Below, in pieces: positions 1 through 20,471 of a stretch of 64,000 nt of DNA. A program made the position numbers and the translations under genes. Source of the DNA: Eledone cirrhosa (lineage: Eukaryota). Numbering within the stretch: position 1 is the first letter of the stretch; each line of letters starts with the position of its first letter. The notes under the pieces are model-generated. The model saw nothing but the letters and a program-made list of their open reading frames with translations. It made no database searches and had not been told where the DNA came from. Where the stretch lies: NCBI GenBank assembly GCA_964016885.1, contig OZ024741.1, positions 175,336,001 through 175,400,000 on the forward strand, written 5' to 3'.

Positions 1-385
1 ATATATATTTAAAAACACACAGATACATGCGGACACACACATATATACATGAATGCATCCGCACCCAACTGTGAGTTAAGGGTGCCAACTTCACCGATGT
101 ATCTGTGTGTTTTTAAATATATTAATAACTCCCTCTGGTCGAGCAATCTTTGAAGTGTGGGGACAACTGGAAAGCTTCCATTACTCATACTTCTCGCCTT
201 CTTCACTACCTCTTCTACGGCCTCGATATGAATACCCCCTCCGCCTCCGTGGTATTTTCTTCGTGGTTATAAGAGGCTTAGCTCTGTTTCTCGACCGTTA
301 TATCGCGTGACTATCTCCCCCTCCGCCTTTTGGGATTCTTTCTCACGTCGTGTGGACGCGTTCTTGAGACTAGTAAAATGAGGTA

Positions 386-473
386 TCCTCTTGATAAGTT
401 GGCAGACCTCGCAAGGACTCTATGTCTTTGATATATTGTTTTTGTTTATGCCACGAAACTACGTAGTCGAGGA
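386..473 (+). ncRNA. Type I hammerhead ribozyme, U3:A8 core variant (copy 1)
   Basis: TCCTC-TTGATAA-GTTGGCA..TGCCAC-GAAAC-TACGTA-GTC/GAGGA; palindromic stem III ACTACGTAGT. Confidence 0.75.
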
Positions 474-976
474 ATTTAGGAACAGTTTAGGTATGATACA
501 TTTTATTACTAATTATATCTAAATGTTTCTTCTCTCTTCATAATGTATTTTTAACTCTGATACTGGTTCAGTCTGGTTCAAACTGAATTGGTCTGTCCCA
601 GTCATTCATTGAGCAACATCGGTGAAGTTGGCACCCTTAACTCACAGTTGGGTGCGGATGCATTCATGTATATATGTGTGTGTCCGCATGTATCTGTGTG
701 TTTTTAAATATATTAATAACTCCCTCTGGTCGAGCAATCTTTGAAGTGTGGGGACAACTGGAAAGCTTCCATTACTCATACTTCTCGCCTTCTTCACTAC
801 CTCTTCTACGGCCTCGATATGAATACCCCCTCCGCCTCCGTGGTATTTTCTTCGTGGTTATAAGAGGCTTAGCTCTGTTTCTCGACCGTTATATCGCGTG
901 ACTATCTCCCCCTCCGCCTTTTGGGATTCTTTCTCACGTCGTGTGGACGCGTTCTTGAGACTAGTAAAATGAGGTA

Positions 977-1064
977 TCCTCTTGATAAGTTGGCAGACCT
1001 CGCAAGGACTCTATGTCTTTGATATATTGTTTTTGTTTATGCCACGAAACTACGTAGTCGAGGA
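977..1064 (+). ncRNA. Type I hammerhead ribozyme, U3:A8 core variant (copy 2)
   Basis: Same sequence as 386-473, offset 591 bp. Confidence 0.75.
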
Positions 1065-1138
1065 ATTTAGGAACAGTTTAGGTATGATACATTTTATTAC
1101 TAATTATATCTAAATGTTTCTTCTCTCTTCATAATGTA

Positions 1139-1442
<304 letters not shown>

Positions 1443-1448
<6 letters not shown>

Positions 1449-2155
1449 TTGCAAGATTTTTTATATGAAATCGTGTGTCGAAACAAATATTGTTATAGTT
1501 GGGGAGGATCATATAGTTGTAATAATATTGCCAGAAATAATAACAGAACACACTACCTGTTTGGTTTTCGCTTCTGTATCTTTTATGTCTCCGCAGATAA
1601 TTCATTTGCTCCTGAATGTTTATCATTGACTGACCAACGGTCAAAAATACAGATACAATATAGATATAAACACATATATATAGTCTAACAAAGTTCTTTC
1701 TTTGCACATCTGCAACATCATCAGTGGTACTATTATGTTCCTCCTGTTGTATTGTATGTCTACGCCATTTTTATTTTATCTGTTCATTTATTTATCTATT
1801 TTTGTCTTCTTCTCTGCGCATACGTTTGCGTGTGTGTAGAGTGTTTGGTGTGAGTTCGTGTTTGGGTGACTGTGTTTTGGTTATTGTATTCTATCTTCAT
1901 TTACTAGTGTGTGTTTATATGTGTTTGTTGTTATTGTGCTTGTGTATATATATATATATTAATTTATTTATTTATTTATATTTATCTATCTTTAAGTCAG
2001 TATTGTTTGTTTGGGTGTTGTTATTCCATTCATTTTTTCTGCTTAGCTTTGGCCTTCTAAGCTCTATTTCGCTTGCCTCTCTGATTTGCCTATCTGCTGG
2101 GTCATTTCTATGTTTAGATATTATTTTAATTTCTATGTTGTCTATGGTTACCGTC
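1443..2155 (-). mobile_element. PLE family B 3' fragment (end of GIY-YIG ORF, 3' UTR, HHR-like motif at 1689-1726)
   Basis: ORF end [37 protein letters not shown] matches the 10988-12037 ORF; shared 3' UTR. Confidence 0.85.
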
Positions 2156-2279
<124 letters not shown>

Positions 2280-2288
2280 ATATTATAT

Positions 2289-2410
<122 letters not shown>

Positions 2411-2427
2411 GTATATATATATATATG

Positions 2428-2529
<102 letters not shown>

Positions 2530-2547
2530 TATATAAATATATACATA

Positions 2548-2645
2548 TATTAAAATAACAGATTAAAGTTCAAGCAAAGAATCGCTGCTTTCACCCCTAA
2601 CGGGATCTTCTGAAACTCCGTTAAGGGTGAAAGCAGCGATTTTTT
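2548..2645. mobile_element. Fold-back fragment of the CAGAAGA-HHR PLE family
   Basis: Minus-strand copy of the HHR and tail followed by plus-strand CCGTTAAGGGTGAAAGCAGCGATT. Confidence 0.7.
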
Positions 2646-2994
2646 TGTTTGTTTTGTTTACAAACGAAACAACAACACACGCACACACACAGTGGCATTC
2701 GAACGATTGTTATTGTGTGTATAGCGCGCCCACCATCCACCGACTAACAAACGACAACCAGGCAGACTACCAACACTGCCAGTATTAAAGACTGAATATA
2801 GGTAGTATAATGGATTGACAGCGAAGCACCATCCCCACTCCCATAGTAAAGAGGAACTGCCTCGACCTTTGCTTGACCACACCTATTCCGCGCGCGCGCG
2901 CGCTCTACAGAATATCTCAGTCGTACACAAACGGCGGACAACAGATGCCACGTACCGTTCCTCTGCGACTAAAAACTTCCCTCCTCGAAAAAAC

Positions 2995-3028
2995 CCCAGC
3001 TGATGGATGCGAAATCCGAAATATAGGG
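2995..3028 (+). ncRNA. Possible minimal HHR variant in a PLE-like 3' end (about 2650-3210)
   Basis: CCC-AG-CTGATG-GAT GCGAA ATCC-GAAA-TATA-GGG; A9 is replaced and stem I is short. Confidence 0.4.
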
Positions 3029-3650
3029 ACAATTAAATCTCTTCCAAGGTAACTCTATCTCGTGTTATTATTTTTACACTCTTTCCTACGTTCCTCTACA
3101 CACTATACATCTCATTCTACATTTCCTCTTACATCTCTCTTCACAACCGGATTCTGTTACCCGGAGATTTACCCATCTGCATTGTTGAGGCTTCCAAAAC
3201 GACCAAATTATATATATATATATACATATATATAGTGACCGAACTCGTAATCTAGTGTTTACGAAGCAAACTTCTTGATCAAACGTCTATATCTGTGGTT
3301 ATTGATTGTTACAAAAAAATTTCAATAAACCTCCAGTCATATACATAAATGTATATAAACATACAAAATCAACCAATATCTCATGAGAAAAAAAAATTGT
3401 CGAATTCCGTAGTTTTAGACTATGCTCCATGTCAATATATTCTGGATGTATAGACATTAAGTACAATTTTGTAAGTTATATATTTCAAGAAGTCGATTAT
3501 CGTTTCTGTAAAATAGTTTAATTCCCATTAAAAAGAAACTTCTAGACGTTGAAGGTCAGATGTCTGTCAACTCATATAGTCTCTTATTCTTGGTTGACAT
3601 ATTGTTCTAAAATATACGTAGACAAGCTTGTATATATATATATATATATA

Positions 3651-3855
3651 TAACGAAGGAATTGTGGTAAGGAACCAGATAGACCATAACGCACCAAAGT
3701 ACTCAATACTTAGAGTAGTAGAGTGGGTAATAGGAACAAATATGACCCCAATGGCAGAGCTCAAGCCGTTTCGACGGCTAATTCTGGACGTCTAAGTCCA
3801 GAATTAGCCGTCGAAACGGCTTGAGCTCTGCCGTCGGGGTCATATTTGTTCCTAT
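3651..3855. mobile_element. Palindromic half-hammerhead mini-element (copy 1)
   Basis: About 60-bp inverted arms (3730-3789 / 3796-3855) carrying GAAAC-GGCTTGAGCTCTGCC-GTC; (TA)n flanks; homologues at 38344, 48742, 55205. Confidence 0.8.
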
Positions 3856-3872
3856 ATATATATATATATATA

Positions 3873-4529
<657 letters not shown>

Positions 4530-4534
4530 ATATA

Positions 4535-5193
4535 TATATATTTATTTATTTATATACGTTCATTTAATTATTTATTTATTTGTATACACGCACACACACA
4601 CACATATTTATATGTGCGTGGTTTTGTATACCTATGGTAAGTGTTTTGCGTATGCTTGTGTATGTACGTATTTGTTTGCGTGTATGTATTTATTTATTTC
4701 TATTACTTCTGTATTGTATTTATTTACTTTATTCTTAACTCTGAAGCGGAGATTCATTCGGTCTCCTAGTTAGAATTTTAGTCTACGACTTCTGCTATAC
4801 CATTTACGTGGTTTTGTCTTTGCGTGCAATTGTTCTCCACGCTCCACATATGACGTATTATCTTCGTTTTTTCCGTTCATTGCCAGAGAACGTCTCTATG
4901 AATCACCTACGAGAACATTAGTCTACGACTTCTTTTATACCATAAACGTGGATCTGTCTTTGCGCGTAATTGTTTTTCACCGTTCCTATTAATGACGTAT
5001 TATATTCGTTTTTTCCCATTCTTTGCCAGGGAACGTTTCCACGAACCAAAGTATCGTCTTCCTGTCTTCTTCCTGTTGCAACGTTTTTTGAAATATCGAC
5101 TTCTGCGTTTACAGATTGACTATGTTAGTTTCAGAAGATCCAGTTAAGGGTGAAAGCAGCGATTCTTTGCTTAAACTTTAATCTGTTATTTTA

Positions 5194-5200
<7 letters not shown>
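4535..5200 (+). mobile_element. PLE family A 3' UTR (CAGAAGA-HHR subfamily)
   Basis: Near-identical to 51600-52260, which follows a GIY-YIG ORF end; internal ~130-bp duplication; HHR at 5112-5185. Confidence 0.8.
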
Positions 5201-5269
<69 letters not shown>

Positions 5270-5880
5270 TATAATATATATATATATATAAATATATATA
5301 TATATAGAATTTTCAGACGGGTGCGTGGACCCGCCAAAAACGTGGCCGGTGGAAACGGAGCGAGATCCACGGGTCAGGGGCTGTTGGTCGACTCGACCGG
5401 CAGCCGCGCACAGCGAAAGAGTGAAGAATAACATTGTCAACAGTACAAAAAGGGTTTTATTTACAGTATTAACAATTGTTTCATTGATTAAGTTGTCTAA
5501 AAATTGCTAATCACTTGAAGTTGTGTCACTCAATTTTAAATACAATGTATGCTTAATCAAATCATCGGCGTTTGTAATATACTAGGAAAATTCAAATCAC
5601 GTCAGATTAACCTGCGTAGGAATTTCCGATAACTCGCAAACTCGCTACCTAAGGAAACCTCCTGTTGAGTCAAACAACGCCGGAGGCTAAAACTATTTAC
5701 AATACGGAGTATTCACAACCTCTAACTGGATTACCTATAACGATAATTTGTTATCCCATATATATATATATATATATATATAAACAACATCGTCGATTGT
5801 TTCTCTATCCCAAGAACAGAAGGATGGCGATGTTCATCTAAAGAACACATAACGCAATGAGGCTGTATGCTTGCAAACGA

Positions 5881-6067
5881 ATGGCAGTATCGGTAGAGGG
5901 TCTGACGCCATGCTTTTCAACAAAGAGTTACGGCCATTTATGGTCCGAGTTCAAGTCCCACCGATGTTAGCTTTGCCTTTCATCCTTACGGTATCGACAA
6001 AATAAAGTACCAGTAATACACTGGAATAATTGCTGGCCTTGTGCTAAAAGTAGAAACAATTATTATT
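5881..6067 (+). mobile_element. tRNA-derived SINE (octopus-type, Meta-like core)
   Basis: TGGCAGTATCGGTAG A-box-like, GTTCAAGTCC B-box, GCCTTTCATCCTTACGG..TCGA..AAATAAAGTACCAG core; many copies in window. Confidence 0.85.
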
Positions 6068-6767
6068 CGATATATAAATCACGAATAAATTTGCCTATCA
6101 GCTATGTTACAGCAAAAAACCTAAAGTTACATTTGTTTCTAATTCTCGGCAAAGCCAGCCATAAAATCGCTCTCTCTATCCGCAATCTTTACGGCACGTT
6201 TTTACCACCGTCGTAAAAAAACCCTTCTGGATTATCGCCCTTTCCCTTCTCCTCCCTTTTTTTTGCCCGTGTCTCTCTCTCACTTTTTCCTTTCTATACG
6301 AAAGGCAGCACGGTTATACCAGCTCTGAGTCGTAGCTGACCACCAGGCTAAAGTTTCCCAGGTTGGCCACAACTTACTTTCCCTATTTTTCCACGGTTAC
6401 TTTTTTGCATGTTTCTTTCACCTGTGTCTTCCCACGATGGGATCTGTACACTTTTTTTCTTCCATTCCTTTCCTATTTTTCCCCCTCTCCCTCTCTCCTC
6501 ATCTTCCCCCCCCTGTTTTTCGTCCTTTCCCTCTCTCCTTTTGTTCTCTCTTTTTCTCTCTCCTTTTTCACCTGGCCTTTTGATTAATAAAAGGCCTCGG
6601 GCGCACCCGAACTACACCGATGTCCTGTAATTCAGCGCCGAAACATCGGTTCGGGATACATTTACAGCTGACGATGGAAACTCCTTTCTTCCTTTCTCCT
6701 CCTGTTCCGTCCTAACCACCATCCTAAACCTTGTTTTTAGTAACCACACAGCTGCTTTGGTTTCATA

Positions 6768-6840
<73 letters not shown>

Positions 6841-6854
6841 TATATGTGCATCTA

Positions 6855-7021
6855 TATTGTTTCTATTTTAAGCACAAGGCTAGCAATTTTTTGGGAAAGT
6901 TGATTAAATCGACCCCAGTGCATTACCGGTGCTTTATTTTATCGACCCCGTAAGGATGAAAAGCAAAGCTCAGAACGTAAAGGGCCGTAACTCTATGTCT
7001 ACTGATTCTGCCAATCCACCG
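6855..7021 (-). mobile_element. Same SINE family, internally deleted
   Basis: Reverse complement of SINE head and core. Confidence 0.8.
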
Positions 7022-7051
7022 TAATGTATATATATATATATATATATATAT

Positions 7052-7625
7052 AGGGCGGGTAAAATTCCCGAGATCCATGGACGAGTTCTCTCCAGCGGTC
7101 TCTGTCCCTCATTATCGCTGCCATATCCTGCGTCTCCAAGAGACCAGTGTCTGTCCTTAGGGCATCAACATACGTTAACCTTGGTCTTTCCCTTTCAGTG
7201 TGTCCATGTATGGGCTCCAACACACAGGAGCACTGAGTGCAATGTCAACTCTGGATTCGGTGAGCATGTCCAGCTAACCTCAGTCTCCTCTGTGTCACTT
7301 TTGAGCTGACTTTTGGGTGGGTCCCATACAGCTCTGAGTTTTTCATCCTCAGTGTATACTGATTAAAGTTCAGAGCCATCGTCAGCATTCTCGTGTAGCA
7401 CCCATCCACCATCTGAGTGAGTTTCTTGGTCAGTGTCTAAGTCTCAGACCCGTACAGCAGCACAGACTCCACTACAGCAATGAAGAGGCGGAGTTTCAGG
7501 TCTTTACCAAGATCCGACTTCCACACCGATCTCAAGCTGTGGCACGCCGCCCAGGCTTTGCTCTTCCTCTCAACCACATCATCTTCCGTATTCCCAATCT
7601 TTGCTCCCAAATACATAAATAATTA
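7052..7625 (-). mobile_element. RTE-clade non-LTR retrotransposon 3' fragment
   Basis: C-terminus (G)RPRLTYVDALRTDTG..MRDRDRWRELV typical of RTE ORFs; (TA)n tail; second copy at 55445. Confidence 0.8.
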
Positions 7626-7799
7626 CAACAGTGACATAAACAGGTACTCAAGTTTCGTTGGGTTCTGTGCCCCAATTCATTCATCCTGTTATGAGAAAAA
7701 TAAAAACAAAGATGTCCACCTAGGCCCAGAACCCAACGAAATAATTATTTATACTAAACTCGTCCTATGGACTGAGTGTTCTTACTCTTGGATATTTCC

Positions 7800-8306
7800 A
7801 CGTAACCTTTACTTGACTATACCATTTACGTGGTTTTGTCTTTGCGAGCTATTGTTCTCCCCGCTCCACATATGACGTATTATCTTCGTTTTTTTCGTTC
7901 ATTGCCAGAGAACGTCTCTATGAACCACCTAAGAGAACATTAGTATACGACCTCTTTTATACCATAAACGTGGTTCTGTCTTTGCGCGTAATTGCTTTTC
8001 ACCGCTCCTATTAATGACGTATTATATTCGTTTTTTCCCGTTCTTTGCCAGCGAACGTTTCCACGAACCAAAGTATCGTCTTCCTGTCTTCCTCCGGTTG
8101 CAACGTTTTTTGAAATATCCAGTTCTGCGTTTACAGATTGACTTTGTTAGTTTCAGAAGATCCCGTTAAGGGTGAAAGCAGCGATTCTTTGCTTAAACTT
8201 TAATCTGTTATTTTAATAAATATTTGCTCTACGGTTCTTATATATTTGATATATATTTATCCTTATCGAGCCCTCTTTGGATTTTAGTCTTGAAATTTAT
8301 TATTAT

Positions 8307-8312
<6 letters not shown>
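7800..8312 (+). mobile_element. PLE family A 3' UTR (CAGAAGA-HHR subfamily)
   Basis: Homologous to 51850-52350; HHR at 8134-8207. Confidence 0.8.
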
Positions 8313-8349
<37 letters not shown>

Positions 8350-8444
8350 TTTATCCCGGGTTCAATCGGGGGTTACCACAGTAAGTAAGGTACTCAATAC
8401 AAAGCAGAGTATAAATATTATGCCATAACCTCTATATATAGGAA

Positions 8445-12076
<3,632 letters not shown>

Positions 12077-12189
12077 GTATTTTTCTAAAGTGATTCAGTC
12101 ATTCCCACAACACGAAATACGAACAGACCTTCATTTGATTTTTAAATTTTAATTTCAATATTTAATAATTGATAAGATGAATTACATAG

Positions 12190-13250
12190 TTTAGCATAGT
12201 GTGAGTGGAGAATTAGATGTTAGATGTATTGTTGTTGTTTTCTCCACCGTTATTGTTGTTGTTACTGTTATTTCTACCATTGTGGTTGTTACTTTTCTTA
12301 TGTTAAGAAAACCCACTGTACTAATAGGAAATGTATTACATGTAAAGTAAACTCCCGGATAAACTGTAAAACTAGAAACGTAGTCTATAGCATAAGATGT
12401 ACAGAGGGTACTTGCAGAAACATGACAACAACATACATAGGCGAGACAGCTCGTAGCATAGCTGAAAGGATAGACCAACACTGGGGGGAACTAAAAGGAC
12501 GAAAAAACGTTTCAGTACTATACGAACATGCCAGACGGCAATACAACGGTAACATAGACAACATAGAAATTAAAATAATATCTAAACATAGAAATGACCC
12601 AGCAGATAGGCAAATCAGAGAGGCCAGTGAAATAGAACTTAGAAGGCCAAGGCTAAACAGAAAGAATGAATGGAATAACAACAACACCCAAACAAACAAC
12701 ACTGACCTAAGAGAAGTATAAATAAAGAAAGAGATAAATAAATAAATAAATACATACACAAGCACAATAACAACAAACACATATAAACACACACTAGTAA
12801 AGATAGAATACATTAACCAATACACAGTCACCCAATCACGAACACACATCAAACAAAACACTATACACACACGCAAACGCATGCGCAAAGAAGACAAAAT
12901 AAAATAAACAAATAAATAAATATATAAACAGACTAAATAAAGATGGCGTAGAAAATACAATGCAACGGGAGGAAACAATAGCACCACTGACGATGTTGCA
13001 GATGTGCAACGAAAGAACTTTGATAAACTCTATATATGTGTTTGTGTCTATATTGTATCTGTATTAGTTTTGACCGTTGGTCAGTCATTGGCAACATTGA
13101 GGACCGAATAAATTAGATTACCGATATAAAAGACACAGAAAGGAAAAGCGAAAACCAACCAAACAGCAATATTACACAAATATGACCCTCCCCAAGTATA
13201 ACAATATTTGTTTCGACACACGATTTCATATAAAAAACCTCGCAAAACTA
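12190..13250 (+). mobile_element. PLE family B 3' fragment with inverted 5' pieces
   Basis: GIY-YIG ORF 12303-12721 nearly identical to the 10988 copy; 12190-12302 comes from the opposite strand; HHR at 12985-13022. Confidence 0.9.
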
Positions 13251-13281
<31 letters not shown>

Positions 13282-13603
13282 AAATTGCAAGTCTGAAGAA
13301 CTATTACATAAAATATATACAGTATTTCCTCTCCTAGTTTTATATATAGCTCTGATTAATGATTATTTGCTTATTTAATTCTTGATTGAGCCGTAAAAGG
13401 TTGTCAAACTAATATATGTATTTGTGACTATGTCTAATTATATATATATACCCCTTTCAATGTACACGCACATACATATATATATACACACATGTATATA
13501 TATTTTTTATCATATATATTCGGATTTTAGTCTTCAAATTTATTATTATTACTACTACTACATACATACACACATACATACATACATACATACATACATA
13601 CAT

Positions 13604-13708
<105 letters not shown>

Positions 13709-13748
13709 GAATATTAATAAATGGAAAATATCTTTATAAAACCACATT

Positions 13749-13809
13749 TATTTTATTATACGTATTTCAAGGGTACTAATATTTAAGTACGCTTTCGTCA
13801 GATAAAATA
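13749..13809 (-). ncRNA. Minimal type I HHR inside a fold-back PLE end (about 13705-13970)
   Basis: TATTTTAT-CTGACGA-AAGCGTACT..AGTACCCTT-GAAA-TACGTA-TA/ATAAAATA. Confidence 0.8.
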
Positions 13810-14099
13810 TAATATAATAATATACGTATAATAAAATAAATATGGTTTTATAAAGATATTTTCCATTTATTAATATTCTTAATATTAATGATACTCCAGA
13901 TAAATACTGTAGAGTGCTTCTAATCTGTTGTAAAATTAACTTTGTTGAATAATAAACCATATAACTCATTATTTATACACACACACATACACACACATAT
14001 ATATATATACACATACACAAATATACATAAACATACACACACACACATATATATATATATACACACATAGCGGTACAATTCAAGTACGTTATACATAAT

Positions 14100-16375
<2,276 letters not shown>

Positions 16376-16380
<5 letters not shown>

Positions 16381-18448
16381 TGTTATGCTTTGGGAGGATC
16401 ATGTTACCAATAAGAAACACACGTACCAGTTACTTTCAATTCAATTTATTATAAATTTAGGAATTTATAAATTTCCGGTTGGCTGGTTGTTTCCACAACC
16501 AGACGATTGTTCATATATTGTTAAAGTTCTTTCATCACACATTCTGTGACCTCTTCAGTGACTGGGGATTATTTTCTTTGTTTTTGTGCCTCTCCTTTGT
16601 TCTCTCCTAGGCCATCTTGTTTTTGTGTATGTTGTGTGCTTAGTTTGCGCATGTGTTACATCCGGGTGTCTGTGTGTGTTTATATTTGTTTATTTATTTG
16701 TTTATTTACATGTTACTGGTTGGTTGTTTGTTCTATGTGCGTGTGTGTTTTCATTTTGTCCTTAATTGTAAGTTGTGATGTTGCTGTTCCACTCATGTTT
16801 TCTATTTAATTTTGGTTGGAGTTCATTTATGTTTATTGCCTCTGTGATTTGTCTAAACATTGTGTAGATTTTATTTTTATTTCTATGTTCTCTAATTTAC
16901 CCTTATGTTCTATTTTAGCATGTTGGTGGAGTACAGATGATTCTTTACTATCTTGAAGGTCTCGCCAGTGTTCATTTATCCGTTCCCCTATACTACGAGC
17001 TGTCTCACCTATGAACACTATATTCTTATCTCTACATTGTCCTTCCGTAAATCTTATGCTATATACTACATTTCTAGTTTTACGGTTAACATGGGGGCTT
17101 AGTTTACAGATTATACATTTCTTATCTATACAGGGAGGTCTTTGAAAAGGGTATGTATTGCTAATAAGTGTTTTTATGGAGGTACCTGGTCTTTCTACTA
17201 TCTTAATATTGAGTTTATATTTATCCAGGGCCCTTCTAAATTTGTAAGCTAATTCACCTGTAGGGGTTATATCGATGAACATTACACTCTGGTATTTATT
17301 GCTATCATACCATGAGTTTATTCTATTAACCTTATTCCTAGTTCTTTCTATTCTATTCCAAAATTTGCTCCTATACAAGGGGCAGGTCCCATTTGCATCA
17401 TTATTTACCATTTTTCCCATTTGGTTCTGGCTCCTCTATATACTCTGATTTTTTCTCTCTGATTGTAACCTGAGACCTGCATACGGTGGATGAAGTGTTG
17501 TATGTGTCTCTCTAGTTCCTTGGGGTTGCACATGCGGGACACGTTTCTCATCACTCGTACCAAATCCGCAATCAGTATGTTGATTTTGGTATGGTCCGAA
17601 ACAGCTGAGTTTCGGTGGATCAGATATTTGGAAGTCATGGGTTTGGCATAATGGGAATGGAGGATTTGTTTATTGTTATTAATGGTATCTAACCAGAGCT
17701 CTGTGTCTAGTACAGGTAATCAATGGTTGGGGTGTTTGCTTGGGTAGTCTATAGTAACTCTAATACTCTGGTGGATGGAGTTAGCTATTTGCTGGATGCT
17801 TTCAATGGTGATTTTCTCTACTTCCTGACTGTTCTCTAGTGGGGGTGTTTTTACTACGATGTTTATATCATCAACGTAGCGGGAGTACATTATCAGGGTT
17901 ATGAGGTTGCTGTCTTCTAATTGTTCTTTAAGTTTAAATTTAAGTCTATTGTCCCACCATACCATGAATAGGTTAGCTATGTCACCTGCAATGTTAACAC
18001 CAATGGCTGCTCCCTCCTCTTGGGCATATGTTTTTCCATTAAATTTGAACATATGTTCCTTAAGGGCTAATTTTATACTGGCCCCCACCGTATGTGCAAG
18101 CATTTTCTTTAGCTCATCGTGGTTTTCGGGTGTCCGTATGGCTCTGGTCCACCCGTTCCATCTATCTGTGTGGGTTTTCTTGGCCATTGAGGTAATATTA
18201 GGTGGTCTGCCTCTTTCTGGTCTTGTAGGGCACAGGTCGCTAAGGTCATATATATCTAGATAATCACTACTATAGGTAAGTTTAAGTAGGAGTCCCAGCT
18301 CACTGGTATCAATCCCACGGAATTCAACATTGCTGTCACTGATAATTTCTACGCATTTCTCCACAGCAAAATCCACGCCAATAGATGGATACAGGGACAC
18401 AACATCCATACTACCTATTATGCAGTTTGTTAGGTCCAAATTTAGAAA

Positions 18449-18451
<3 letters not shown>
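16376..18451 (-). mobile_element. PLE family B RT + GIY-YIG pseudogene
   Basis: [44 protein letters not shown]; HHR at 16520-16562. Confidence 0.93.
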
Positions 18452-18492
<41 letters not shown>

Positions 18493-18498
<6 letters not shown>

Positions 18499-19272
18499 TC
18501 TACTCTAGACACAAGGCGAGCAATTATGGGGGAGGAGAAAGTCGATTAATTGACCCCAGTACATTACTGGTGCTTTATTTTATCGACCCCGTAGGGATGA
18601 AAAACAAAACTTGTTAAGGCGGACACCACACACGCACACACACACATACATATGTATATGTGTGTATATATCATTGGTGGATTGGCAGTATCGGTAGAGA
18701 GTCGGATGCCATGCTTTGCAGCAAAGAGTTACGGCCCTTTGTGGTCTGATTTCAAATCCTGCCGAGGTTAACTTTGCCTTTCATCCTTACGGGGTCGGTG
18801 AAATAAAGCACCAGTAATGCACTGGGATAATTCCTGGCTTTGTGCCAAAAGTAGAAACAATTATTATATCCCGCCGAGGATAAATTTGCCTTTCATCCTT
18901 ACGGGGTCGATAAAATAAAGTACCAGTAATACACTGGGGTAGTTGCTGGCCTTGTGCTAAAAGTAGAAACATTTATTATATTGTTCCAAACTCTTGTGGT
19001 CCAGTTAACCCATGAGTGTACTAACCGGTTTTTGTAGCAAATACGTTGTTTGCTCACTGTCCACATTTCTACCCGTCTGTGACCACGGTGGATTGACAGT
19101 ATCGGTAGAGGGTCGGACACCATGCTTTCCAGCATAGTTACGTCCCTTTACGATCTGAGTTCAAATCCCGCCGAGGTTGACTTTGCCTTTCATCCTTACG
19201 GGGTCGATAAAATAAAGTACCAGTAATGCACTGGGTAATTGCTGGCCTTGTGCCTAAAGTAGAAACAATTAT
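18493..19272. mobile_element. Cluster of four SINE copies (18493-18625 -, 18676-18866 +, 18870-18980 + partial, 19086-19272 +)
   Basis: Match to the SINE at 33970-34156. Confidence 0.85.
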
Positions 19273-19500
19273 GTGTTAATTTCTCCCTCCGCTTCTCGAG
19301 ATATTCTCAATTGCTACGAAAGAAACAATCCCCTTTTTGAGCACTGAATCACGTGTTAATTCCTCCCTCCGTATCTAGAGAGTTTCACACTTGCTACGAA
19401 CGCATCAAGAAACAGTCCTTTTTTCTGAGGAATCTTTTGATAATCCGTATCAGACTCACAACAATGCTTTTTTGTAGTCACACGGATCGGCGAAACTGTC
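19273..19500. repeat. Unclassified dispersed repeat with internal duplication
   Basis: GTGTTAATT.CTCCCTCCG occurs twice; diverged reverse-complement copy at about 35065-35230. Confidence 0.55.
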
Positions 19501-19512
19501 TATTATTTCCTC

Positions 19513-19604
<92 letters not shown>

Positions 19605-19669
19605 AATATATATATACATTACATATATATATATACATATATGTATATGTATATATATATATATGTATA

Positions 19670-19717
<48 letters not shown>

Positions 19718-19960
19718 TATATATATACACACATATATATATATATATGTGTGTGTATATAATGGTTAAATAACTTTCGTCTACATAGTGTCCTTTGCAC
19801 GCACGTGAACGAGTTTCATTTTCGTCTTTGGCGGGGTTAGGGTGACATCTTGTTAGCTAATGACGGTTATCATTTAGTTTAAGCCTACTACATAACTTAT
19901 ATGTTTCCCAGAAATACCATTTAGATATGACGTATTTCTCTCTCTCTCTCTCTCTCTCTC

Positions 19961-20035
<75 letters not shown>

Positions 20036-20135
20036 ATGTGTGTGTGTGTGTGTGTATGTGTGTGTGTGTATGTGTATATGTCTAAATAGATGTATATATA
20101 AATATAAATATATATATTTATGTATATATATATAT

Positions 20136-20180
<45 letters not shown>

Positions 20181-20371
20181 TAGATAGATATATAGATATA
20201 TATGCTCATATATATATACATATATGCATATACATATATGTATATATATGTATATATATATATATGTATATATATATAATCACATATATACATACGTACA
20301 TATGTATATACACATATATGTATATATGTATAAACATATGTATATATGTATATATGTATATATGTATGTAT

Positions 20372-20471
<100 letters not shown>

